64,000 nt of DNA from Thermoplasmata archaeon (GTDB lineage Archaea; Thermoplasmatota; Thermoplasmata; Thermoplasmatales; GCA-001856825), in assembly GCA_021787125.1 (NCBI GenBank), contig JAJYMI010000076.1, positions 264 to 64,263 of the forward strand, in the 5' to 3' direction. This document shows, in pieces, positions 49,312 to 58,217 of this stretch. Within the stretch, counting starts at the first letter, position 1; every line of letters starts with the position of its first letter. The notes under the pieces are model-generated. The model saw only the letters and a list, made by a program, of their open reading frames with translations. It made no database searches and was not told the origin of the DNA. Made by a program: the position numbers and the translations under genes.

Positions 49312-49380
49312 TGTGCTCCTAGGCTTTCGAGAGCACAGGAGATGAGCCTTCGGAGCGATAATCTCCCAGTGCTCCGAAAG
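49312..49380 (-). promoter_or_regulatory. Structured 5' leader with alternative pairings that can sequester the Shine-Dalgarno site
   Basis: GTGCTC (49312-49317, overlapping the complement of AGGAG at 49315-49319) and GTGCTC (49368-49373) can each pair with GAGCAC (49330-49335). Inner hairpin TTCGGAGC (49348-49355) pairs with GCTCCGAA (49370-49377). Confidence 0.4.
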
Positions 49381-49643
49381 CTTTGTACAGAATAATTATG
49401 CGTTACTAGGATATGATGACTGCGGTTCTTAGAGATATTTGAGCCTTCATTTCTTTTGGAAACTTAGTACGGAAAAAATTGAAAAAATCAGAATCAACAA
49501 ATCAATAATTCCACCAAGTGGTCTGCATAAATCACAAATAGATTGTCTAAATCTCTATATAAATGATAGTACAAGAAGTTGCTTACGTGTTAAGCGGGAT
49601 TGAGACATATAGCACGACTTCAAAGATTTAAAAGGGATTTTGT

Positions 49644-50363
49644 ATGTCTGAACACATTTACCTTTATCGGGGAATTGCAGTTGAGGAGCGCGAAACTGAC
49701 AAAGTTATAGAGGAAATAAGATCACAAGGAATTATTAATGGAAAAGGATCGTGGAATTTTGAATGTTGGAATTTAAGGAGAATGATTCCAAGTCTCATTG
49801 ACAAAAAGGATCTAACCACGGACAATACCAGACACGGATTTCAAACGTTTCCGTGTAAGAACTTCGCAGATGAGTTAGGCGCTCAACACTACGCCCTAGT
49901 GCATAACCAAACCAGAGAAAAGAAAGTTGCTCTAATTGTAAAGGTAGCAATAGATGAATCTTGCTATTACTACATAGATGGACGAGACTTTCTTTATCCG
50001 ATTTTTCAAATGTGGGACAAGAAAAATATTGCAAATCAAGAAGGAAAAGAAAAGGCATACAGCAAGCTGTTAGCAATTTTAAAGGAAGTATATGGATCTA
50101 AAATAGAAGAATACTTTCAAAGGGCTGCTAGCAGCGACCAGTCGGATTATAGGATAGCCATATGTGAGCTTGCTACACACGATTTTGAAATATCTCAATC
50201 TCACTCAAAAAACACTCATATCCTAGGGGGAAGATACTCGACAGTTTTTAGAAGTTCGTTCTTTGTTCAGTCACCTATCTCCCCTGACAGAATTGTCACT
50301 GTCGGCGTAATCAAGCAATTTTTATACCAATTTAAACCTGAGTTTGATGTCTATTCACTTTGA
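49644..50363 (+). CDS. Hypothetical 239-aa protein
   Basis: ORF track, in an AT-rich island. No motif recognised. Confidence 0.5.
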   Translation: MSEHIYLYRGIAVEERETDKVIEEIRSQGIINGKGSWNFECWNLRRMIPSLIDKKDLTTDNTRHGFQTFPCKNFADELGAQHYALVHNQTREKKVALIVKVAIDESCYYYIDGRDFLYPIFQMWDKKNIANQEGKEKAYSKLLAILKEVYGSKIEEYFQRAASSDQSDYRIAICELATHDFEISQSHSKNTHILGGRYSTVFRSSFFVQSPISPDRIVTVGVIKQFLYQFKPEFDVYSL

Positions 50364-50534
50364 ATTTAGGATTGATCTGCTCCCCCTAGAGTTTGTGACA
50401 CTTTTCCTCATTTCTCTTTCATCTTCAGTTCTATGATGGTGCAGGTATATCAACTTACATTTGTAAGCAAATCTCTGGCAAATCATACTATCATATGTGA
50501 ATAAACCTTATTTGTAAAAACGGGCTACTAAAAT

Positions 50535-50891
50535 ATGTCTGAAATTACCAACTACTTACTAGAATGGAAACACAAACTCGAGAATGCGGAAAGAGAGTAC
50601 GAGATCAAAAGAAGAGTCGAAGAGGAACTGATGAAATCAAGTCCGAATGACACAGTCCACATTTACAAATATATATTGCTTTCAAACTATAATGTAGAGG
50701 CTTCAATAACTAAAAATTTAGTTGACGTAGTGTTAATGCAGCAAACCCTGATCGAATCCATCGAAAAGTCTTGTTGTCAAAAAATCTCTCTATCCGAAGA
50801 CGAAGCTAAGTTTGTACAAAGCCTAAAAAGGACAATAGAAGAACAAGCTGAGAAGTTAGATGAAATGCAAGAATTGCCGGGTTACACATAA
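50535..50891 (+). CDS. Hypothetical 118-aa helical protein
   Basis: ORF track only. Confidence 0.45.
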   Translation: MSEITNYLLEWKHKLENAEREYEIKRRVEEELMKSSPNDTVHIYKYILLSNYNVEASITKNLVDVVLMQQTLIESIEKSCCQKISLSEDEAKFVQSLKRTIEEQAEKLDEMQELPGYT

Positions 50892-51173
50892 TCTATTCCA
50901 AATCAATAATATTTATTATCAATTTTCAGGATTAGGAAAGTTTTTTTACTTTTCATTAACCAAACATTATAAATAGGTCTAAGAAACCCAATATGGAGGA
51001 TTTCCTAAAACCTCCTAGTTTAAACATTTAGTTAGACCCTTTTAAGAATATCGGAGTTCTCATGGTCTTACGACCAGTTGACGACTTTTGTCTACCCTTT
51101 TACTCGTTAACCTAATCTCCCAAATAGTTAACCATCACTTAACTAATATACCAGTGCTTTATTCAGTATTAGT

Positions 51174-52127
51174 ATGCCTCAACCAAATGAATATGTTTCC
51201 GTTGCAAGATATCTGGAAATTTTGTGGAAATGTTACCCTGGTGCTAAGACTAAAGTGGAACTATCCCGTGAAGCAGGAGTATCCAAGGCTGCAATCACCA
51301 AGGTCAAGGGTCGCCTTTTTGATCTTTGCGAAGTTGAAGCACTTGCAAAGAACGGTAAGTACAGGTTGAAAAGGGATTTAAAAACTATCAAAACGCTCTT
51401 TCTTGTTTCTATCTGGTCGGAGAAGTCATCAAATTTCCTGGAAAGTTCATATTTAAGATCCGTTGTGTCGGATCCAAATATAATTCGAAAAATTACAGAG
51501 GCAATACCGTCGTATTCAAGGTATTTCACCGAAGAAGACACTAATTTGATTATCAATTTTCTTCTACACATCGCTTCGTTTGCTTCTCAATTGATAAAAG
51601 GGGACGCGATTGATATACTTAAGGAACACATCGACGACGAGGAATATGTTGTCTCTTCTCTCCTGTCATCGGGCATGACAAATCTTATGATAGGTGAGCT
51701 TTCTCAGGGAAAAATTACTGAGTTTATTATTGAACTTGATCCTCAAACGCTCTTCTCCTTGAGGGACAAACTCTACTTCTTCGTAACTGACTTTTCTAGC
51801 GAGATTTTTCCCAAACTTGGCATACTCTCTAAGATTGAAAGTGAAAATGAGAAAGAAACCTATGTTTCTGTGTACCGGCACACGTTTGAATACTATTTCA
51901 AAGGGTTCCTAGAAAGCGCATCTAAGGTGATAGTGGATGCTTTAAAAGAAGTAGAGTCAAATAACGCACGTTTGGATGATATTTCTATAGGTCGCTTTTT
52001 CAATCCGCTTATGTCTTTGAACGACACAAATCAACTAAATCCTGTAAAGAATGTGACCCAAGATTTCACATCATCAAAAGGAAGATCCAAAGGCAAGAAG
52101 GAACTTGAAAATGATAAAGGGTCTTAG
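51174..52127 (+). CDS. HTH/wHTH-domain protein, 317 aa
   Basis: N-terminal KTKVELSREAGVSKAAITKVKGRLFDL helix-turn-helix pattern. Overlaps the kinase-like gene by 23 nt. Confidence 0.55.
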   Translation: MPQPNEYVSVARYLEILWKCYPGAKTKVELSREAGVSKAAITKVKGRLFDLCEVEALAKNGKYRLKRDLKTIKTLFLVSIWSEKSSNFLESSYLRSVVSDPNIIRKITEAIPSYSRYFTEEDTNLIINFLLHIASFASQLIKGDAIDILKEHIDDEEYVVSSLLSSGMTNLMIGELSQGKITEFIIELDPQTLFSLRDKLYFFVTDFSSEIFPKLGILSKIESENEKETYVSVYRHTFEYYFKGFLESASKVIVDALKEVESNNARLDDISIGRFFNPLMSLNDTNQLNPVKNVTQDFTSSKGRSKGKKELENDKGS

Positions 52128-52851
52128 TTATGTCAAATCGATGAATGGCGGGGGCTCACGTTCTCAGCTCTTAGAATGTGATGATGGTCATTCTTACGTA
52201 GTTAAATTGATTGGAAATCAGCAGGGAAATCACATCTTGGCAAATGAAATGGCTTCTTACTATATCGCAAAGGAGCTAGATCTTCCTGTTCCTGAGGCAG
52301 TCATAATTGATATTCCACTAGAGTTAGTAACAGAAATAAACACCAAGACCAGGTTATCTCTTAGACCGGGGCCCGCATTTGGAAGCCATTGGCTGCATCA
52401 AGATCACAGGATCATCGTTCCAGGTAATAATTCTGATTTGGTTAAACAGACTGAAAACAAATCAAAATGGCTTGGTGTCGTGGTCTTCGATACTTTGATT
52501 CAGAATGATGACAGAAAGGGGGAACACATATTGATAGGAATTGCCAGTGATCAATCTTCACAATTCTATGTGATAGATCATGGCCATACCTTAGGTACGT
52601 TACAAAAATGGGGCTCGTTGAATATAAATTCTCTTAGAATAAGGAATATCTACCCTGATATTCAATATGATGGGAGAGACAAAACATTCTACAGAGCTAA
52701 GCTAGAGCGCTTCAATCTCGAAGAACTAATGAAGAAAATTGAACGACTGCCGCTAAATGAATGGGAAGTTCAGGGACAAGAGGTAGAGCTTCTCGGAAGA
52801 TATATGAAAGCGGCAATTCCAAGGACTATCGAACTACTTTTAAGTACGTGA
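52105..52851 (+). CDS. HipA-like / PI3K-PI4K-like kinase-fold protein, 248 aa
   Basis: GGGSRSQLLECDDGHSYVVKL (Gly-rich loop plus Lys), NEMASYYIAKELDLPVP, LIQNDDRKGEHILI (catalytic-loop-like) and FYVIDHGHTLG (DFG-equivalent). Confidence 0.6.
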   Translation: MKMIKGLSYVKSMNGGGSRSQLLECDDGHSYVVKLIGNQQGNHILANEMASYYIAKELDLPVPEAVIIDIPLELVTEINTKTRLSLRPGPAFGSHWLHQDHRIIVPGNNSDLVKQTENKSKWLGVVVFDTLIQNDDRKGEHILIGIASDQSSQFYVIDHGHTLGTLQKWGSLNINSLRIRNIYPDIQYDGRDKTFYRAKLERFNLEELMKKIERLPLNEWEVQGQEVELLGRYMKAAIPRTIELLLST

Positions 52852-52877
52852 ATTCGTTATTTGTTTTGACGAGAAGA

Positions 52878-53240
52878 ATGAAGGGTATTTATTCCGTTAT
52901 AAATTTTGTCGATGATCCTGTTTCCAACAAGGGGAAACCGATAGGTGTAATTATTTTAACCTCTAAGCCAACCGCAAGAGTCAAGGTACGAAGGAAAGTG
53001 GGCGGTAAGAAGAAAATAGAGAGTAAGCTGATATTAAGTGCAGCAAGATCGATTGCAAGAGATGTGAAGAGGGAATCTAACGAAAAAGGATTTAATGGAG
53101 CACACAAAAAACTACTGACTCTGGATCACGACTTAAAGAACTCCATTCAATTAGGTTCTATTAAAGAACTGAAAATAAAAGATGAGAACGCCTTTGAAAA
53201 GAAGCTAATCAGAGAATTTGATACGAATATACTAGCATAA
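52878..53240 (+). CDS. Hypothetical basic protein, ~120 aa
   Basis: The ORF track starts at 52761, which overlaps the kinase gene by 91 nt. ATG 52878 avoids the overlap. Confidence 0.4.
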   Translation: MKGIYSVINFVDDPVSNKGKPIGVIILTSKPTARVKVRRKVGGKKKIESKLILSAARSIARDVKRESNEKGFNGAHKKLLTLDHDLKNSIQLGSIKELKIKDENAFEKKLIREFDTNILA

Positions 53241-53420
53241 AATTCAAAATTTTTCTGGAGTTTCTATGCCTTCTGGGCATACCAAAAGGTTTAATGCGTT
53301 TCCAAAATAAGATTACTCATTAAATCGAGTTAGACTAAGTCCGTTTAGGTACTATCTGTTTTATAATCTCGTCTGCGGCTTTCGTGCATGAGAACAGAGT
53401 TGAAAGTCCTTAAAAGAACT

Positions 53421-53714
53421 TTATGATTCTCTTTCATACATAATGCCATGACCTCCCTTCATTTTCCTTGCTCTGATGTAACCCCTTTCTTCCATCGCGA
53501 CCAAAGCAAATCCTATTCTTCTTCCCATTATCCTAATCAAGTCTCCGTCTTCGTCAATAATGAGATCAAACATCTTCTGAATTTGAATCCTGATGTTCTT
53601 TGAATAAAAGCATTTGTAAGGGTACTGTGAAACTGCTTTCTCTACGTGAGCCTGACTTAATTGGGAGAGTAACACAACCTCCTTATTCTTTACATTAGCA
53701 TCTCCAGAAATCAT
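53421..53714 (-). CDS. Hypothetical 97-aa protein
   Basis: ORF track. 4-nt overlap with the upstream gene. Confidence 0.45.
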   Translation of the reverse strand: MISGDANVKNKEVVLLSQLSQAHVEKAVSQYPYKCFYSKNIRIQIQKMFDLIIDEDGDLIRIMGRRIGFALVAMEERGYIRARKMKGGHGIMYERES

Positions 53715-54040
53715 TTCATACCCCTCATTATCAAGGCCAAAGTTCTCAGCAGATTCCAGTTCATCGGCAGTAACCTGACTTTCTCTCTTCCCTTGTTTGA
53801 AGGGTTCCTTCTGTCGTTAACGGTTCCATTTTTTATTAAGTCTACCAAAATGCCTACATCTCTAACGTGCTTAATGTCAGATTTCCCGTTTTCTAACAGG
53901 TATTCTTCTGCCCTCGCTAATAGGTCGTTAGGGTTTTCGCTGGTTGTATTCCAATATCTTTTTTCCAGTTTCCTGGCTTCATTATCTAATCTGATTTCAT
54001 CCGGAGTCTTAAGATAGGGTTCGAGAGTGGATTGAGTCAT
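53711..54040 (-). CDS. Hypothetical 109-aa protein
   Basis: ORF track. 4-nt overlaps on both sides. Confidence 0.45.
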   Translation of the reverse strand: MTQSTLEPYLKTPDEIRLDNEARKLEKRYWNTTSENPNDLLARAEEYLLENGKSDIKHVRDVGILVDLIKNGTVNDRRNPSNKGREKVRLLPMNWNLLRTLALIMRGMK

Positions 54041-54954
54041 TTCCTCTTGCCTCCGTCTGTTAGGACTCTCATCTCCCTTTCTTCCCGTTCCTTCTGGATA
54101 TCTAACATGAATTTCTCGAGATCTTTCTTGTTCTGCTCGTCCTGTAACCTTTGATATTCCGTGTTGACGATATTTGTGCTACTCATGCCGGAAATCTCTC
54201 CATCGCTCAGGACTAGATATATCCCTTTTTTGCTGTCATTGCATTCAGGGCAACCGTTTTCGAGTGCATCATAAAGGTGTCCCTCTCCGCACATTCTCAG
54301 TGAGCCTGATAGCGAGTCGAGGTAAGACTGGAACTCTTTCTTTTCTCTTGACCCCCTTCCGACATACTTGATCCAGGGTGAGATCTCAAAGAATCTGTCT
54401 ACGAGTTCCTTGACGAACTTCTCATACCACATCATGTCGTCAGGATCGTTGTAGTCGTGTTCATGCGGAGCGTATTTCTTTCTCAGAAGAATGGACCACG
54501 TTCCAAGCTTCCCCATAGTTTCAACTCCGAATGCTCTCTTTACAGCCTCCGCCTTCCCAAGCATGTCGCCTTTTAGTAGCTGTCTAAAAACGACCCATCT
54601 TGCATACTTGTCCTTTAGGTCAACTTCTTTCTTGATCTGCACCAGCCTTTCTTCTTCCCGCTCCGTGTCCTCTAATTTTCTCTTGAGGTCTATTAGCTGG
54701 CCCTGAATCTTTGATAGCTCCCCCTCCTTCCTGAAGATCTCTTGTTTGATTTCCTCCTTCTGTTTCAACGGAGATCCCCAGGTTGCAATGAATACGCTTT
54801 CCATGAATGACGTTACGTCCACACCCTCCGGGACCAGGTTCTTGATCCATTCTTTAGGAGTAAGATGCATTGATCCCCTTGCATCTTTCCATTCTTTCCT
54901 CCTCTTGATCTTCTCTGACATCTCTCTACCCTTCCCTGACTGTCTCGTTGTCAA
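54037..54954 (-). CDS. Hypothetical 305-aa coiled-coil protein with Cys cluster (CGEGH...CPEC)
   Basis: ORF track (TTG 54954). ATG at MSEKIKRRKEW is a likelier start. Confidence 0.5.
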   Translation of the reverse strand: MTTRQSGKGREMSEKIKRRKEWKDARGSMHLTPKEWIKNLVPEGVDVTSFMESVFIATWGSPLKQKEEIKQEIFRKEGELSKIQGQLIDLKRKLEDTEREEERLVQIKKEVDLKDKYARWVVFRQLLKGDMLGKAEAVKRAFGVETMGKLGTWSILLRKKYAPHEHDYNDPDDMMWYEKFVKELVDRFFEISPWIKYVGRGSREKKEFQSYLDSLSGSLRMCGEGHLYDALENGCPECNDSKKGIYLVLSDGEISGMSSTNIVNTEYQRLQDEQNKKDLEKFMLDIQKEREEREMRVLTDGGKRK

Positions 54955-54974
54955 CGTACGTACCGTACGTACGT
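54954..54974. promoter_or_regulatory. Perfect 21-nt palindrome ACGTACGTACCGTACGTACGT
   Basis: Read directly. The arms 54954-54963 and 54965-54974 are exact reverse complements around C 54964. Lies immediately upstream of ORF 54037-54954. Confidence 0.45.
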
Positions 54975-55113
54975 AGAATTATTAGAAGAGAGAAATAGAG
55001 GCCATTTCTCGAGCTCCGGAAAATGTTACGAACGTGCATATCGAAAGAAGTCACGGCCGTAAAAATTCTAAATTGATCATGAAGTTCTTGAAACCTGAAC
55101 CTCAGCACGCTAT

Positions 55114-55557
55114 TCATCTCAGTGTCTCCACGAGTGAAAGTGTCTTAGGAACAGTGTCAAGAAATTCATGGGGCTCAAGATAATTCGGTAACGAGAGTAT
55201 GTAAACTCCTAGGGATGTCTTTTCCCAACCATGCTCAACGATCCCTTTCTTGAATTGCACTAGGCAGACAAGTTTGGCTCTCTTGGCAGGATGATTGCTC
55301 AAGTAATCTCTGATTTGGTTGTAGCTAGGGTTGTTGATACTGACTGAACCTCGTCTTTCAATTCTTCCAATCTGCACATTGCACTTCTTGCAGATCAATC
55401 CTCTTAGTTCCCCGGATTTTGTGTCGTAGTCTGGAATGAGTTTCTCGGGAGAGCCACATATAGCACATTTCCCTTCCTGGAATGAGTAGAGCCACTGTCT
55501 TGCTTTTTCCGAAATAGAGCCTCCCTCAATATTTATCCTTTGGGGAGACTGTTTCAT
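55114..55557 (-). CDS. Recombination endonuclease VII-like (HNH-related) protein, variant lacking the usual His residues
   Basis: CAICGSPEKLIPDYDTKSGELRGLICKKCNVQIG. Compare the Endo VII pattern CxxC...DHDHxTGxVRGLLCxxCNxxLG. Confidence 0.6.
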   Translation of the reverse strand: MKQSPQRINIEGGSISEKARQWLYSFQEGKCAICGSPEKLIPDYDTKSGELRGLICKKCNVQIGRIERRGSVSINNPSYNQIRDYLSNHPAKRAKLVCLVQFKKGIVEHGWEKTSLGVYILSLPNYLEPHEFLDTVPKTLSLVETLR

Positions 55558-55769
55558 TCAAGTACCTCCAACAGCTCTCCCAGACTTTCCGGGACCTCCC
55601 GTAGGGGAAAGCTCTCTTCCCATTCCTGAAAGAGCTCTTTCAGGGCTTCCTGCGGCACCAGTCCAGCCTGAATTATTCTTCTTCTCCTAGCTTTCTTGCG
55701 GGATTCGAACCCATCAGTCCGTATCCCCCTCCCCGCGTTCCATTCGGTTCGATTATTTCTTGTTTCCAT
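55554..55769 (-). CDS. Hypothetical 71-aa protein
   Basis: ORF track. 4-nt overlap with the Endo VII-like gene. Confidence 0.4.
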   Translation of the reverse strand: METRNNRTEWNAGRGIRTDGFESRKKARRRRIIQAGLVPQEALKELFQEWEESFPLREVPESLGELLEVLE

Positions 55770-55770
55770 A

Positions 55771-55980
55771 TCATTTCACCTTGCTTTTCAAAATCTTCCT
55801 GAAGAACGGCCGGAGCAGTCTGGCATTGTTTCTTGCCTCGACCTCCTCCGACAGTTTCACATAGGCCATTGTTGACTTCGGTTCTCTGTGACCCAAGTGG
55901 AATTGCACTCTCCAAAGGTCCGCGCGTAAACAAAACGTATATATCGATATCACCTGGATATCCCAATGACTGGGTTTCAA
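55771..55980 (-). pseudogene. C-terminal remnant of a tyrosine recombinase gene
   Basis: RADLWRVQFHLGHREPKSTMAYVKL resembles the integrase tail ...DLxxVQxLLGHxxxxTTxxYxH. The frame is closed by TGA two codons upstream of position 55980, and no N-terminal part lies nearby. Confidence 0.5.
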
Positions 55981-56175
55981 ACCTCACACCTCAAGTGCCC
56001 GAAGTGCGGAGGGGATTTTGACCTAGTATGGCTTCCGGGGGATTACTTTCATCAGGCAGGGATCTTTTACTCAATAAAGTGCCCTGTCTGCAAGAAGCGC
56101 TCACAGTTCGATGTTTACGATACGATTGTTGATCCGAACACTCACCACTGTGAGATAACTTTGGGACCAGTGTAG
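55966..56175 (+). CDS. Small zinc-ribbon protein, 69 aa (CPKCGG...CPVCKK)
   Basis: ORF track. Two CxxC pairs. Confidence 0.45.
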   Translation: MTGFQTSHLKCPKCGGDFDLVWLPGDYFHQAGIFYSIKCPVCKKRSQFDVYDTIVDPNTHHCEITLGPV

Positions 56176-56245
56176 GGATGCTGATGACAGGGAAGAGTAC
56201 TTGACTTAAGAGAGACAACCCTTATGAAAGGAACATCAATCTGTA

Positions 56246-57166
56246 ATGGGTGAGCCGAAGCACATGCGCAGAGTACTTCTTGCCGTTGGTGTAGCAGCAC
56301 TCGTTCTCGGCATATCACTGGTTTCAATATCACTCTACGACGCAGGAGAGAACAACGTTATGTTCTACTCCCAGACAATGCATCTCGGGAGTGATGGAGA
56401 GTACTATTCTGACCTGCTGAATATGACGGAAGCTCACCAGCTCGCCTTCAGTCCCGGTCCCGGCACCACGACTGTATACATCGTGCAGTCACGAGATCTC
56501 CCCCTTATCAATCAGAGCAATGCAATGAATTACTCCTACGCTTCTATGACTGGGACACCCGGAGGAACGGATGGCATGAGCCTTTCTGGCGAGTACTACA
56601 TAGTCGTCTTCAGTACATCCGTTCCACCTATCAGCTACTATGTCCTCGGAGGCCCTTCTTTTCAAGTGATTGAAGTGTTCCTTTCCATTGGGGCAATGCT
56701 GACGCCGATTGGTGCTGTCACAACAATCCTCGGTACTTTTTTGACGCCCGTTGTGACGAGAGATGGAGAACAGGGCAGCCACACTTCCGTCTACAGTAGA
56801 TACAGATGGCTCGCATTTTCCACTCTCTACATAGTCGCAGCCTGCTACTCGTTCAACGTTGTCTGGGACTTCATTCTGGGCACTGAGCCCTTTTTTACCA
56901 CTTCTGGGTGGTTTGAATATCTCCTCGTAATTCCCATTAGTGGTCTTGTCTTTCTTCTTCCTGTAGCGTGGTCGTTGATGAACGTGATGCATGACGCCGC
57001 CTGGATGATTGTTCCGTTGCTCCTTGCCTCTGGTCTGGTCCTCATGTACGAGGATCTGTTTCTGTTCCCTGCCCTTATCACGAGCTTCTTGACATGGGGG
57101 ATACTTATCTCAGAATACGGAGAATACAAGAAAGGGAAGAAAGGTGGAACATCGTACACTGTCTGA
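56246..57166 (+). CDS. Membrane protein, 306 aa (extracytoplasmic N-domain plus polytopic C-half)
   Basis: N-terminal TM VLLAVGVAALVLGISLVSISL. The N-domain is paralogous to ORF 58738-59274. Confidence 0.55.
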   Translation: MGEPKHMRRVLLAVGVAALVLGISLVSISLYDAGENNVMFYSQTMHLGSDGEYYSDLLNMTEAHQLAFSPGPGTTTVYIVQSRDLPLINQSNAMNYSYASMTGTPGGTDGMSLSGEYYIVVFSTSVPPISYYVLGGPSFQVIEVFLSIGAMLTPIGAVTTILGTFLTPVVTRDGEQGSHTSVYSRYRWLAFSTLYIVAACYSFNVVWDFILGTEPFFTTSGWFEYLLVIPISGLVFLLPVAWSLMNVMHDAAWMIVPLLLASGLVLMYEDLFLFPALITSFLTWGILISEYGEYKKGKKGGTSYTV

Positions 57167-57309
57167 CCATATGGTCGAGCAAACAGGAGTGATTTGTAAA
57201 GACATTCACAGGAACATGCCACTATTTGAAAGTAAAGATATCGAAATCCTATATTCCTGCATACAATTTTTAGGCATAGACTGCTTTCATGATGGGCATG
57301 ACGCAATGA

Positions 57310-58182
57310 ATGTCTTCAATAAATCATTTTATCTTTCTTTTTCATGTAAACGAGACGATTAATCTTTCGAATATCCCACCTAACAAACCGCCTCGTTACC
57401 ACAGGCGCAGGAGGACCTTAGTCGTTGCAATGGTTACGATAGTCGTCTCAGTGTTGGTCGTGACCGCAGGGGTCATCCTCTATTACAACCATTACCGTCC
57501 TACTCTTGTGATTACGAAAACCGCCGTGATTCTGAAAACGGGCACCAACATCACCCTCGGTAAGAGTGGCGTTGTGCGGTACTACATCACACTGAAGGGG
57601 GATTACATAATAAAGGGAGCCTGGCAGGCCTCGAGTCCGACCTGGATGATGTTCGGTCTGCTAGAAAATGAGTTGTGCACGGGGTGCGCTATTCTCGGAG
57701 TTGGTCCCAGTTCCCCTCCCGTTACGAAGGGCGAATTCAATCAAACGGAGTGGAGCGACAAATATGAACTGATAATGAGTGGTGCACCAGGTGAAAAAAT
57801 AACAATAACAGAGGACTTTGAAGCGGTCAGCTACTCGCCCTCCCAGGTTGGATCGTTCTTGATACCCGGAGGAACCCACTTTTCCACTGAAAACAACTCT
57901 TCAGTCAAGGTCTATTCAATTTATCTCAACAGAAGTGCAATTTTTTCCGGAACCGTTAATTCGGGCACGAACTGGCAGATAATCTTGACTTCTGCGTTAA
58001 ACAATCGACAGATGAATTTTTGGGCCGGGCCAGGCTCAAGCCATTTTGAACCGGGCTATCCCATCTATCCCCCAGGAAACTATACGCTGAGAATAGTTGG
58101 GAGCCTTGAAGTAACTCAATCGCTCGAGTTCGTCTACTATTTTGAGAACTCCACTTTTGGTACCTGGGTCAATCATTCCTGA
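57310..58182 (+). CDS. Membrane-anchored extracytoplasmic protein, 290 aa
   Basis: TM LVVAMVTIVVSVLVVTAGVILYY. Start site is uncertain. Confidence 0.5.
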   Translation: MSSINHFIFLFHVNETINLSNIPPNKPPRYHRRRRTLVVAMVTIVVSVLVVTAGVILYYNHYRPTLVITKTAVILKTGTNITLGKSGVVRYYITLKGDYIIKGAWQASSPTWMMFGLLENELCTGCAILGVGPSSPPVTKGEFNQTEWSDKYELIMSGAPGEKITITEDFEAVSYSPSQVGSFLIPGGTHFSTENNSSVKVYSIYLNRSAIFSGTVNSGTNWQIILTSALNNRQMNFWAGPGSSHFEPGYPIYPPGNYTLRIVGSLEVTQSLEFVYYFENSTFGTWVNHS

Positions 58183-58217
58183 ATGGGCCAACGACAAGGC
58201 GTATATCCCGTTACTCA

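Larger units (their letters stand above)
53421..55980 (-). mobile_element. Decayed remnant of a small integrated element
   Basis: An integrase fragment, an Endo VII-like gene and overlapped orphan genes. Confidence 0.4.

Noticed and set aside
28142-49643. Direct repeats (att sites) between the 27.4-28.1 kb and 49.3-49.6 kb non-coding regions
   Set aside because: Only 8-nt matches such as TAAATCTC were found by eye, so the borders of the putative element remain undefined.
49644-50363. ADP-ribosyltransferase assignment based on YRG ... YST motifs
   Set aside because: The motif spacing of about 190 aa is far outside the R-S-E ART pattern, and no ExE/QxE motif follows.
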